Below, piece after piece: positions 47,162 to 56,162 of a DNA stretch of 64,000 nucleotides; position 1 is the first letter of the stretch, and each line of letters opens with the position of its first letter. Origin of the DNA: Oscillospiraceae bacterium (GTDB lineage Bacteria > Bacillota > Clostridia > Oscillospirales > Oscillospiraceae). The position numbers and the translations under genes were made by a program. The DNA is taken from assembly GCA_017439805.1 (NCBI GenBank), contig JAFSIK010000003.1, positions 8,258 through 72,257 of the forward strand, in the 5' to 3' direction. The notes below the pieces were generated by a model that was given only the letters and a program-made list of their open reading frames with translations, did no database searches and was not told the DNA's origin.

Positions 47162-48405
47162 ACGATATAGACAACAAAGTACTTGAACTTTCCCGCCGGG
47201 CGGAGGACAGTCTGGCGGAGGTTTTCAAGCGTACCGATGAGATATCACAGCACAATACCGCCAAGGTGCTGTCCGTGTTCCGTGAAAACCGGGTCTGCGA
47301 GGCGGATTTCGCCGGCAGCACCGGCTACGGCTACGGCGACCGGGGCAGGGACAAGCTGGACAGCGTATGTGCCGGGCTTTTCCGCGCCAAGGACGGCATT
47401 CTGCGTACTACCTTTGTAAGCGGTACCCACGCCATCGCCTGCGCTCTTTTCGGGGTGATGCGTCCGGGGAAGACCCTTGTTTCCGCCATTGGAGCTCCCT
47501 ATGACACCCTGCAGACCGTCATCGGTCTTACTGGCGGCGCCAGCGGAAGCCTTAAGGAGTTCGGTGTTTCTTACGCCCAGGCCGACACCGCCGCCGACGG
47601 CTCACCCGACCACAAGGCCATCGCCGCAGCTGTTTCCGGCAAGGATGTTGGTGCGGTTCTGGTGCAGCGCTCCCGGGGATACAGCACCCGCGACAGCCTT
47701 TCCGTGGATGCCATTGCCGACGTGGTGGACACAATCCGCAAAGCAAACCCCGACGTTCCCATTCTGGTTGACAACTGCTACGGCGAATTTGTTGAGGAAA
47801 CCGAGCCTATACAGGCCGGGGCCGATCTTGTAATGGGCAGCCTTATAAAGAATATGGGCGGCGGGCTTGCCCCTACCGGCGGCTATGTTGCAGGACGTGA
47901 AGATCTGGTTGAAATGACAGCCTCCCGTATGACCGTGCCCGGTCTGGGCAGGGAAGTGGGAGCCAGCCTTGAAACCAACCGCAGTCTGTATCAGGGCCTG
48001 TTTTTCGCGCCTCACGTTACCGCACAGGCGATAAAGACCGCGGCTTTCTGCGCCGCCATGATGGAACAGCTGGGCTATGAAACGCTGCCCCGCTCAACCG
48101 CCGTGCGCAGCGACATTACCCAGATGATAAAAATGGGCAGCGCCGAGGCGCTGAAAAAATTCTGCCTGGGCATCCAGATGGGCGCCCCTGTGGACTCCTT
48201 TGTTACTCCCGAACCCTGGGATATGCCCGGCTATGACGACAAGGTCATCATGGCCGCCGGCGCATTCATTCAGGGCGCCAGCATAGAGCTCAGCTGTGAC
48301 GGTCCAATGCGTGAGCCTTTTATGGCATATATGCAGGGGGGACTTACATACGAGTCCGGCAAGCTTGGGGTAATGCTGGCCGTAAACGAGCTTCTGAAAA
48401 AATAA
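47158..48405 (+). CDS. YnbB-like PLP-dependent enzyme (methionine gamma-lyase / aluminium-resistance family)
   Basis: TTG start overlapping the upstream stop. GYGYGDRGRDKLD and SLIKNMGGGLAPTGGY (Lys for PLP) are characteristic of the family. Confidence 0.8.
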   Translation: MNDIDNKVLELSRRAEDSLAEVFKRTDEISQHNTAKVLSVFRENRVCEADFAGSTGYGYGDRGRDKLDSVCAGLFRAKDGILRTTFVSGTHAIACALFGVMRPGKTLVSAIGAPYDTLQTVIGLTGGASGSLKEFGVSYAQADTAADGSPDHKAIAAAVSGKDVGAVLVQRSRGYSTRDSLSVDAIADVVDTIRKANPDVPILVDNCYGEFVEETEPIQAGADLVMGSLIKNMGGGLAPTGGYVAGREDLVEMTASRMTVPGLGREVGASLETNRSLYQGLFFAPHVTAQAIKTAAFCAAMMEQLGYETLPRSTAVRSDITQMIKMGSAEALKKFCLGIQMGAPVDSFVTPEPWDMPGYDDKVIMAAGAFIQGASIELSCDGPMREPFMAYMQGGLTYESGKLGVMLAVNELLKK

Positions 48406-48418
48406 AAAAATATTAAAA

Positions 48419-48445
48419 AACCGGCTCAAAAAGCCGGTTTTTTGC
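48419..48445 (+). terminator. intrinsic terminator
   Basis: AACCGGCT-CAAAA-AGCCGGTT followed by TTTTG. Confidence 0.75.
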
Positions 48446-48489
48446 TGTTTAATTTAAAATTATGTGTGAATTTTTGTGCGGTTTTGCGC

Positions 48490-48518
48490 TTGAAAATCCC
48501 CTGAAACGGGTATATAAT
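48490..48518 (+). promoter_or_regulatory. sigma-A promoter of carD
   Basis: TTGAAA, 17-nt spacer, TATAAT. Confidence 0.6.
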
Positions 48519-48586
48519 ATTTACAGATATTATAACATAGGGTGAAGTGTAACCATTTTTTGTTTTTGTCAGGAAAGAGGTAAATG

Positions 48587-49066
48587 ATGTTCAAGGTAGG
48601 GGACAAAATCGTCCACCCCATGCATGGCGCAGGCATCGTTGACAGCATCGTCACACGCGAAATAAATAACGAAACCACGGAGTTTTACGTAATGAAACTG
48701 CCTGTGGGCGCAATGGTGGTTATGATACCCGTATCTTCCTGCCAGACTATCGGCGTGCGCGGCGTTGTAAACAGCGACCAGGCCGAAACCGTCATGACAA
48801 GTCTGGACAAGCTTCCCACCGATATGACCAGCAACTGGAACAGACGTTACCGCGAAAATATGCTCAAAATCAAAAGCGGCGACCTTATGGAGGTTGCCAC
48901 GGTCATCAAGGGACTTGTATCCCGTGACCACGAAAAGGGACTTTCCACCGGTGAACGCAAAATGCTCCATACCGCAAAGCAGATACTCATTTCCGAGATA
49001 GTGCTTTCACAGGGCACCACCTACGAGGCGGTGGAGCAGCGACTAAATGAAGCTTTCGCTGTATAA
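48587..49066 (+). CDS. carD: CarD/CdnL family RNA-polymerase-binding regulator
   Basis: MFKVGDKIVHPMHGAGIV... The second ATG was chosen for RBS spacing (GAAAGAGG-N6). Confidence 0.88.
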   Translation: MFKVGDKIVHPMHGAGIVDSIVTREINNETTEFYVMKLPVGAMVVMIPVSSCQTIGVRGVVNSDQAETVMTSLDKLPTDMTSNWNRRYRENMLKIKSGDLMEVATVIKGLVSRDHEKGLSTGERKMLHTAKQILISEIVLSQGTTYEAVEQRLNEAFAV

Positions 49067-49067
49067 T

Positions 49068-49105
49068 TGCCGTAGTTTGGCACACAACTACGGCATATTA
49101 TTTTA
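49068..49105 (+). terminator. hairpin / possible partial terminator between carD and ispD
   Basis: TGCCGTAGTT-loop-AACTACGGCA followed by an AT-rich TATTATTTTA. Confidence 0.45.
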
Positions 49106-49131
49106 TAGTACAGACCATGGCAGGTGATACT

Positions 49132-49899
49132 ATGAATTTTTTAAACAAGCTTTCAAAACGCACGGTAAAAAAAGCTGTGAAAAAGACATATAAAAAAGCC
49201 TATGCCAACAGCGGTCGCTGTGTGGCAGTTGTTCTTGCTGCAGGCAGCTCCAGCCGCTTTGGAGACGAAGATAAGATATTTGCAAATCTTTGGGATAAGC
49301 CTGTCATCGCCCACAGCCTTCTGGCTTTCCAAAACTGTGCGGCGGTGGACGAAATAATTGTGGTTACCCGCGAAGACGCCATAATGAATATTGCGGAGCT
49401 GTGCAAATATCACAGCATATCCAAGGTTAAAAAAATCATTCGCGGCGGCGAAACCCGCCAGCAGAGCAGCTTTATCGGCGTAAATGAGGTTGACAGTGAC
49501 GCACGCATCATTGCCATCCATGACGGTGCCCGCCCCCTCATTACACCCGAAATCATTGAACAGACTGTTGCCGCGGCCAGAGCCGGCATGGCTGCCGTAC
49601 CCGCAGTTCCCGTAAAGGACACGGTGAAGGTTTGCGACGGCAGTGCCGTGGCATCCACCCCGGACAGGAACACTCTCAGAGCGGTACAGACTCCCCAGGT
49701 ATTTGTGGCGGAGCTTATAAAAGGCGCCCTCACAGCGGCGGAAAATGCCGGCGCGCAGTACACCGACGACTGCGCCGCAGCCGAGGCTTTCGGCGTAAAG
49801 ATTACTCTGGTTGAGGGCAGTGAGGAAAATATAAAAATAACGACTCCCATGGATATGACAGTTGCCAATGCCGTTATGGAAAGGAGATGGTGCAGGTGA
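49132..49899 (+). CDS. ispD: 2-C-methyl-D-erythritol 4-phosphate cytidylyltransferase with a Lys-rich N-terminal extension
   Basis: ATG at 49132 follows [19 protein letters not shown]-loop-like motif, IHDGARP, and VQTPQVF. Confidence 0.88.
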   Translation: MNFLNKLSKRTVKKAVKKTYKKAYANSGRCVAVVLAAGSSSRFGDEDKIFANLWDKPVIAHSLLAFQNCAAVDEIIVVTREDAIMNIAELCKYHSISKVKKIIRGGETRQQSSFIGVNEVDSDARIIAIHDGARPLITPEIIEQTVAAARAGMAAVPAVPVKDTVKVCDGSAVASTPDRNTLRAVQTPQVFVAELIKGALTAAENAGAQYTDDCAAAEAFGVKITLVEGSEENIKITTPMDMTVANAVMERRWCR

Positions 49900-50369
49900 G
49901 GATAGGACAGGGTTACGATGTTCACCGGCTGGCCTCCGGGCGAAAGCTTATTATCGGTGGAGTGGAAATTCCTTTTGAAAAAGGACTTCTTGGCCACTCC
50001 GACGCGGACGTGCTTCTGCATGCCATTGCCGATGCGCTTCTGGGCGCCGCGGCACTGGGGGATATAGGCAAGCTTTTTCCCGACAGCGACGACAGCTACA
50101 GGGGCATATCCAGCCTGATACTTCTCCGGAGGACGGCACAGGCGGTTCGTGAGGCAGGGTATGAAATTTCCAACGTTGACAGCACTCTCATCGCCCAGAA
50201 ACCCCGCGTCAGTCCGTACACGGCACAGATGCGCGAAAACATCGCAGAGGCGCTTGGAGTTGATGTGTCACAGGTCAGTGTGAAGGCCACCACCGAGGAA
50301 CATCTTGGTTTTACCGGCAGGGGAGAGGGAATCTCCGCTACCGCTGTGGCGCTTATAGAAAACAAATAG
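49896..50369 (+). CDS. ispF: 2-C-methyl-D-erythritol 2,4-cyclodiphosphate synthase
   Basis: The GTG at 49896 (AAGGAG-N9) gives (M)[11 protein letters not shown], followed by [15 protein letters not shown] overlap with the ispD stop. Confidence 0.9.
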   Translation: MRIGQGYDVHRLASGRKLIIGGVEIPFEKGLLGHSDADVLLHAIADALLGAAALGDIGKLFPDSDDSYRGISSLILLRRTAQAVREAGYEISNVDSTLIAQKPRVSPYTAQMRENIAEALGVDVSQVSVKATTEEHLGFTGRGEGISATAVALIENK

Positions 50370-50401
50370 GTATCATATCCGGGAGGAAAGAGCTAAAAAG
50401 C

Positions 50402-50430
50402 TTGACAACCGCCCGGATTTTTGCCATAAT
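50402..50430 (+). promoter_or_regulatory. sigma-A promoter of T-box leader 1
   Basis: TTGACA, 17-nt spacer, CATAAT. Confidence 0.6.
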
Positions 50431-50436
50431 CTTTTC

Positions 50437-50700
50437 AAATGCGACGACCGGGGAAAAGTAATCCCAGACCATCCTCTCCAGAGAGCCGCCGGCAGGTGAA
50501 AGGCGGCAGAGGAACCGGGGACGAATACACTCCGAGAGCAGCGCGCCCAACGGCAATTTTGCCCAGTAGACCGCGTCGGGTGGCTCCCGTTACAGGGCAA
50601 GGGTGATTTACCCGCTGAGGCCGGCGGCCGTGAGGCGTCGGTGAACTGAGGTGGTACCACGGAATTTTCCGTCCTCTGCTTTTACGGCAGAGGATTTTTT
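50437..50700 (+). promoter_or_regulatory. T-box riboswitch leader, specifier read as UAC (Tyr)
   Basis: Stem I elements (GCGACGA ... AGAGCAGC, CCAGAGAG, GGUGAAAG). Specifier loop CGAA-UAC-A (UAC at 50526..50528) closes on CUCCG. Conserved T-box AACUGAGGUGGUACCACGG (50644..50662). Terminator TCCTCTGCT-loop-GGCAGAGGA followed by TTTTTT (50672..50700). Confidence 0.8.
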
Positions 50701-50720
50701 ATTGCAAAAGGAGACAAAGA

Positions 50721-52373
50721 ATGACTATTGTTGATTTTCTGGAGAAAAACGCCAGACTCTACGGCGCCGAGACCGCTCTGGTAGAACTCAACCCTTCCGA
50801 GGAGCACGACAACGCCATGACCCAGGCGCTGACCTGGCGTGATTTCAGCCTTATTCAGGGCAGCGACCCGGATGCGCCCTACCGCCGTGAAATGAGCTGG
50901 CAGGAATTTGATCGCCGTGCCAACAGATTTGCAAATCTGCTGCTCAGCCGCGGCCTTGAGCGCGGAACAAAGGTTGCCATTCTGCTTATGAACTGCCTTG
51001 AGTGGTTGCCCATATATTTCGGTATTCTGAAGGCCGGCTGTATTGCCGTTCCTATGAATTTCCGCTACTCCAGCGATGAAATCAAATACTGTCTTGAACT
51101 GGCAGATGTTGAGGTACTGGTGTTCGGACCCGAGTTTGTCGGCCGTATGGACGCTATTGCCGATAACATTCCCGGTGTGAGAATGATGTTCTTTGTGGGC
51201 AGGGACAAGCCCGCATATACCGAGGATTGCGGAAAGCTGATGGGCTTCTGCTCCACAGGCGCGCCTCCCGTAGCTCTTGAGGAGGAAGATGACGCCGCCA
51301 TATATTTTTCCTCCGGCACTACCGGCTTCCCCAAGGCTATCCTCCACAACCATCTCTCCCTTGTAAGTTCCTGTCAGACTGAACGCGCTCACCACGGTCA
51401 GACCCGCCAGGACGTATTCCTGTGCATACCGCCCCTGTACCACACCGGCGCAAAAATGCACTGGTTCGGCAGTCTGCTTGCCGGCAGCAAGGCAGTATTG
51501 CTACGCGGTGTAAAGCCCGAGTGGATACTGCGCGCCGTCACCGAGGAAAAATGCACCATCGTATGGCTTCTGGTGCCCTGGACTCAGGATATCCTTGACG
51601 CTATCGACAGCGGCAGCATAAATCTGGACGACTATGTGCTTGACCAGTGGCGTCTGATGCATATCGGCGCCCAGCCCGTTCCTCCCAGCCTTATAAAGCG
51701 CTGGAAAAAAGTATTCCCCGGGCATCAGTACGACACCAACTACGGCCTGTCCGAATCCATCGGCCCCGGCTGTGTGCATCTTGGCGTGGAAAATATTCAC
51801 AAGGTGGGCGCAATCGGCAAAGCCGGCTATCTCTGGCAGACCAAGATCATCGACGAAAACGGCGAAACCGTTGCCCCGGGCGAAGTTGGCGAGCTTTCCG
51901 TCAAGGGGCCCGGTGTCATGACCTGCTATTATAAAAATCCCCAGGCTACAGAGGAAATTCTCAAGGCTGACGGCTGGCTCAATACCGGCGATATGGCCCG
52001 CGAGGATGAGGACGGATTTATTTATCTTGTGGACCGTAAAAAGGACGTCATTATCTCCGGCGGTGAGAATATTTACCCCGTGCAGATCGAGGACTTCCTG
52101 CGTGCCAATATAAAAATCAAGGACGTTGCCGTTATCGGTCTTCCCGACGACAGACTGGGCGAAATTTCTGCCGCAATTATCGAACTGAAAGAGGACGTTA
52201 CCGCCGACGAGGACGAGATCAACACCTTCTGCCTTGAACTGCCCAGATACAAGCGTCCCCGCAAAATTATCTTTGCCAAGGTGCCCCGCAACCCCACCGG
52301 CAAGATCGAAAAACCCCGCCTGCGCGAGATATACTGCGGCGGCCGACTGGTAGAGGTTCAGACCACCAAGTGA
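50721..52373 (+). CDS. ANL-superfamily adenylate-forming enzyme (acyl/aryl-CoA ligase-like)
   Basis: 550 aa. AMP-binding motifs YFSSGTTGFPKA, YGLSE, TGDMAREDEDGFIYLVDRKKDVIISGGENIYP, PRNPTGKIEK. RBS AAGGAG. Confidence 0.85.
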   Translation: MTIVDFLEKNARLYGAETALVELNPSEEHDNAMTQALTWRDFSLIQGSDPDAPYRREMSWQEFDRRANRFANLLLSRGLERGTKVAILLMNCLEWLPIYFGILKAGCIAVPMNFRYSSDEIKYCLELADVEVLVFGPEFVGRMDAIADNIPGVRMMFFVGRDKPAYTEDCGKLMGFCSTGAPPVALEEEDDAAIYFSSGTTGFPKAILHNHLSLVSSCQTERAHHGQTRQDVFLCIPPLYHTGAKMHWFGSLLAGSKAVLLRGVKPEWILRAVTEEKCTIVWLLVPWTQDILDAIDSGSINLDDYVLDQWRLMHIGAQPVPPSLIKRWKKVFPGHQYDTNYGLSESIGPGCVHLGVENIHKVGAIGKAGYLWQTKIIDENGETVAPGEVGELSVKGPGVMTCYYKNPQATEEILKADGWLNTGDMAREDEDGFIYLVDRKKDVIISGGENIYPVQIEDFLRANIKIKDVAVIGLPDDRLGEISAAIIELKEDVTADEDEINTFCLELPRYKRPRKIIFAKVPRNPTGKIEKPRLREIYCGGRLVEVQTTK

Positions 52374-52377
52374 GAAC

Positions 52378-52406
52378 TTGACAAAAATTTAAGCCTGTGG
52401 CATAAT
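52378..52406 (+). promoter_or_regulatory. sigma-A promoter of T-box leader 2
   Basis: TTGACA, 17-nt spacer, CATAAT, starting 5 nt after the ligase stop codon. Confidence 0.6.
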
Positions 52407-52412
52407 ACTTAA

Positions 52413-52675
52413 AAATTAAATCAAAGGCTGTGACGAAGAGGGTCGGGCAATAATGCTCACAGAGAGCCGGCGTATGGTGCGAGCCGGCAGCGGAGTTTCC
52501 CAGTACCTATGGCTTCTGAGCCGGGGGTTCGATATGTAGGGCCTCACGTTTGGCGCCGCGTAAGAGCGCAGGGTTTGAAAGAACCCCTGAGTGGCATCGA
52601 AAGATGCAATTTGAGTGGTACCGCGGGTATTCATCCCGTCTCAAAGATAATTTGAGGCGGGATTTTCATTTTTAC
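52413..52675 (+). promoter_or_regulatory. T-box riboswitch leader, specifier probably AUG (Met)
   Basis: CACAGAGAGCCGG...AUGGUGCGAGCCGG distal Stem I. AUG (52509..52511) followed by G-CUUC closing the helix. T-box AAUUUGAGUGGUACCGCGGG (52608..52627). Terminator ATCCCGTCTCAAA...TTTGAGGCGGGAT followed by a T-run. Confidence 0.75.
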
Positions 52676-52691
52676 CGAAAGGATGAGCCAT

Positions 52692-53978
52692 ATGAAAGAC
52701 TATTCCATCAATACTAAGTGCGTTCAGGCGGGATACACCCCCGGAAACGGCGAGCCCCGTCAGATTCCCATCGTACAGAGCACCACTTTCAAATACAATA
52801 CCAGCGAGGATATGGGAAAGCTTTTTGACCTTGAGGCCAGCGGCTATTTCTATACCCGTCTGCAGAACCCCACCAACGATTATGTGGCCGCAAAGATATG
52901 CGCCCTTGAGGGCGGGACCGCCGCTATGCTGACATCCTCCGGTCAGGCGGCAAACTTCTTTGCTATTTTCAATATTGCCGGCTGCGGCGATCACGTTGTG
53001 GCTTCCTCCACCATCTACGGCGGCACCTACAATCTTTTCGCCGTCACCATGAAGAAGATGGGCATTGAGTTTACCTTCGTTTCACCCGACTGCACCGATG
53101 AGGAGCTTGAGGCGGCTTTCCGCCCCAACACCAAGGCCGTGTTCGGCGAAACTATTGCCAATCCTGCCCTCACCGTTCTGGATATAGAGCGTTTTGCCAA
53201 CGCCGCCCACGCCCACGGCGTTCCCCTCATTGTTGACAACACCTTTGCAACCCCAGTAAACTGCCGTCCCATCGAATGGGGCTGCGACATCGTAACCCAC
53301 TCCACCACCAAGTATATCGACGGCCACGGCGCCAGCGTTGGCGGCTGCATCGTTGACAGCGGCAAATTTGACTGGCTGGCACACGCTGAAAAATTCCCCG
53401 GTCTCACCACTCCCGACGATAGCTATCACGGCATTACCTACGCTGAAAAGTTCGGTCTTGCCGGAGCTTATATAACCAAGGCCACCGCCCAGCTCATGCG
53501 TGACTTCGGCAGCATCCAGTCCCCCCAGAACGCTTTCTATCTGAATCTGGGTCTGGAAAGCCTCCACGTGCGTATGCCCCGCCACTGTGAAAATGGCCTT
53601 GCGGTTGCAAAATATCTGAAAAACCATCCCAAAATCAGCTTTGTCACCTATCCCGGTCTGGAGGGCGACAAGTATTACGAGCTGGCCCGGAAATATATGC
53701 CCAACGGCACCTGCGGTGTAGTATCCTTCGGTTTTAAGGGCGGACGCGCCGCTGCAGAGACCTTTATGAAAAATCTCAAGATTGCCGCCATCGAGACCCA
53801 TGTTGCCGATGCCCGCTCCTGCTGCCTGCATCCTGCCAACGCCACCCACCGCCAGATGAATGACGCCGAGCTTATTGCCTGCGGTATCACCGCCGACCTT
53901 GTGCGCTTCTCCTGCGGCATTGAGGACGCCGCCGACCTTATCGCTGATATTGAGCAGGCTCTTGAAGCCGTGAAATAA
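52692..53978 (+). CDS. metY: O-acetylhomoserine aminocarboxypropyltransferase (sulfhydrylase)
   Basis: PLP-dependent Cys/Met-metabolism family (STTKYIDGHG lysine, QSTTF, GGTYNLF). ATG 52692 is preferred over 52683 on RBS spacing. Confidence 0.88.
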   Translation: MKDYSINTKCVQAGYTPGNGEPRQIPIVQSTTFKYNTSEDMGKLFDLEASGYFYTRLQNPTNDYVAAKICALEGGTAAMLTSSGQAANFFAIFNIAGCGDHVVASSTIYGGTYNLFAVTMKKMGIEFTFVSPDCTDEELEAAFRPNTKAVFGETIANPALTVLDIERFANAAHAHGVPLIVDNTFATPVNCRPIEWGCDIVTHSTTKYIDGHGASVGGCIVDSGKFDWLAHAEKFPGLTTPDDSYHGITYAEKFGLAGAYITKATAQLMRDFGSIQSPQNAFYLNLGLESLHVRMPRHCENGLAVAKYLKNHPKISFVTYPGLEGDKYYELARKYMPNGTCGVVSFGFKGGRAAAETFMKNLKIAAIETHVADARSCCLHPANATHRQMNDAELIACGITADLVRFSCGIEDAADLIADIEQALEAVK

Positions 53979-54008
53979 CCGGCGACCAATTTCAAGGAGT
54001 GAAACAAA

Positions 54009-54941
54009 ATGCCCATTAAGATACCAAATCTTCTCCCGGCCACCAAGGTGCTGGAGCAGGAAAATATCTTTGTCATGACGGAAACCCGGGCCCGCACCCA
54101 GGATATTCGCCCTCTGCAGATACTTATCCTAAACCTTATGCCCCAGAAAATTGTAACCGAGACTCAGCTGTCCCGCCTTCTGGGCAACACCCCCCTGCAG
54201 GTGGAGGTCGAGCTTATAAACACCCGCAGCCACCTGGCGAAAAACACCTCCGCCGAGCATATGCTGGCCTTTTACAAGCACTTTGACGACGTCAAACACC
54301 GCAAGTTCGACGGTATGATAATCACCGGAGCTCCCGTTGAAAAGATGGAGTTTGAAGAGGTGGAATACTGGGACGAGCTGTGTGAGATAATGGAGTGGAC
54401 AAAGACCAATGTTCACAGCACTTTCCACATCTGCTGGGGCGCTCAGGCGGGTCTTTACTACCACTTCGGTGTGCCAAAAAAGGCGTTGAGCCAGAAAATG
54501 TTTGGTGTATTCCCTCATGTGGTTGAGTACCGTCAGTCCATTCTCTTCCGCGGTTTTGACGACAATTTCATGGTGCCTCATTCCCGTCACACCACTTTCG
54601 ACAGGGAAGATGTTGAAAAGCATCCGGAACTGAAAATCCTTGCCTCCTCTGCAGAGGCGGGAGTTTACGCCATATCCACCAAAAACGGCAGACAGATATT
54701 CATCACCGGCCACTCCGAATATGATGCCGATACTCTGAAAAACGAGTATGTCCGCGATGTAAACGAGGGTCTGGAGATCCAGATACCCAAAAATTACTTC
54801 CCCGATGATGACCCTGCAAAAAGCCCACTGGTCAGCTGGAGAGCCCACGCAAACCTGCTCTATACAAACTGGCTCAACTATTTCGTTTATCAGACAACCC
54901 CATACGACATATCCACCATCACTCCTCATGAAAAAGAATAA
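54009..54941 (+). CDS. metA: homoserine O-acetyltransferase (MetA-type)
   Basis: [11 protein letters not shown]...ILNLMP, catalytic FHICWGAQ. The GAPVE motif has Glu at the position reported to specify acetyl-CoA rather than succinyl-CoA. Confidence 0.88.
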   Translation: MPIKIPNLLPATKVLEQENIFVMTETRARTQDIRPLQILILNLMPQKIVTETQLSRLLGNTPLQVEVELINTRSHLAKNTSAEHMLAFYKHFDDVKHRKFDGMIITGAPVEKMEFEEVEYWDELCEIMEWTKTNVHSTFHICWGAQAGLYYHFGVPKKALSQKMFGVFPHVVEYRQSILFRGFDDNFMVPHSRHTTFDREDVEKHPELKILASSAEAGVYAISTKNGRQIFITGHSEYDADTLKNEYVRDVNEGLEIQIPKNYFPDDDPAKSPLVSWRAHANLLYTNWLNYFVYQTTPYDISTITPHEKE

Positions 54942-54946
54942 CGTTA

Positions 54947-54976
54947 AAGCCGCGGCACAGCACCGCGGCTTTTTCT
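54947..54976 (+). terminator. intrinsic terminator after metA
   Basis: AAGCCGCGG-CACAGCA-CCGCGGCTT followed by TTTTC. Confidence 0.75.
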
Positions 54977-55004
54977 TGATTTATGGGCATTTGTAAGGTA
55001 TCAT
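54976..55004 (+). promoter_or_regulatory. putative sigma-A promoter of the AKR-DUF1893 pair
   Basis: TTGATT, 17-nt spacer, TATCAT. Confidence 0.35.
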
Positions 55005-55037
55005 AAAAGATACGAAAAAACCGCCGAGGAGGATACT

Positions 55038-56162
55038 ATGGCTGATAAAAAAATGGGCTTCGGACTTATGCGCCTGCCAGTTCTGGATGAAAACGACCAG
55101 AGCACCATTGATATCGAGCAGACCTGTAAAATGGTGGACAGCTTTATCGAAAAGGGTTTTACTTATTTCGATACCGCCCTTATGTATATGGGTGACAGCT
55201 GTGAGAGCGCGGTAAAGACCGTTTTAACCTCCCGTTATCCCAGAGATAAATATACCCTTGCCACCAAAATGCACGCGGCATACGTAAAAACCGCTGAGGA
55301 CCTGGACAGAGTTTTTGCTGAACAGCTCAGCCGCACCGGTGTGGAGTATTTTGATTATTACCTTATCCACTACGTAGGCCGCACAACCTATAAAAAATAC
55401 AACCGCCTTGACACCTTCAACTGGCTTAAAGAGAAAAAGGCCCAGGGACTTGTAAAAAAGATTGGTTTTTCCTACCACGACAGCGCGGAATTTCTTGAAA
55501 CCGTCCTCAGCGAAAATCCCGGTATGGATTTTGTCCAGCTCCAGATAAACTATCTGGACTGGGACAGCGAGGGAGTGCAGTCCCGCCTGTGCTATCAGGT
55601 AGCCGTTGACCACAACCTGCCCGTGGTGGTAATGGAGCCTGTAAAGGGCGGGACTCTTTCCAAACTTTCCCCTCAGGCCGAGACCGTGCTTAAAGAAAGA
55701 CACCCCGACCTTTCCATCACCAGTTGGGCGATGCGTTTTTGCGCCAGCCTTGAAAACGTGTTTATGGTTCTCAGCGGCTCCAGCAACATAGAGCAGATGG
55801 AGGACAACCTTTCCTATATGTCCGATTTCAAGCCCTTTGATGCGGACGAATTTGACCGGGTGAAAAAGGTTGCGGAAATCATAAATTCCGATGTTCACAT
55901 TCCCTGCACCGGCTGCGGATACTGCCTTGGCCCCTGTCCTCAGGAAATCCCCATTCCCAAGTATTTCTCCCTGTACAACGCCGACAGAAAAGAAGTTTCC
56001 GGCAACGACTGGACACCACAGATGGGTTATTACGACAACACCGTCAAGGTCAGAACCCCGGCGGGACAGTGCATAAAGTGCGGCAAGTGCGAGGAAGCCT
56101 GCCCCCAGCACCTGCCGGTCATAAAGCATCTTGAAGAAGTGGCGGAGTATTTCGGAAGATGA
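55038..56162 (+). CDS. aldo/keto reductase fused to a C-terminal 4Fe-4S ferredoxin-type domain
   Basis: AKR N-terminus (GFGLMRLP, FDTALMY). C-terminal CTGCGYCLGPCP and CIKCGKCEEACP cluster motifs. Confidence 0.85.
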   Translation: MADKKMGFGLMRLPVLDENDQSTIDIEQTCKMVDSFIEKGFTYFDTALMYMGDSCESAVKTVLTSRYPRDKYTLATKMHAAYVKTAEDLDRVFAEQLSRTGVEYFDYYLIHYVGRTTYKKYNRLDTFNWLKEKKAQGLVKKIGFSYHDSAEFLETVLSENPGMDFVQLQINYLDWDSEGVQSRLCYQVAVDHNLPVVVMEPVKGGTLSKLSPQAETVLKERHPDLSITSWAMRFCASLENVFMVLSGSSNIEQMEDNLSYMSDFKPFDADEFDRVKKVAEIINSDVHIPCTGCGYCLGPCPQEIPIPKYFSLYNADRKEVSGNDWTPQMGYYDNTVKVRTPAGQCIKCGKCEEACPQHLPVIKHLEEVAEYFGR

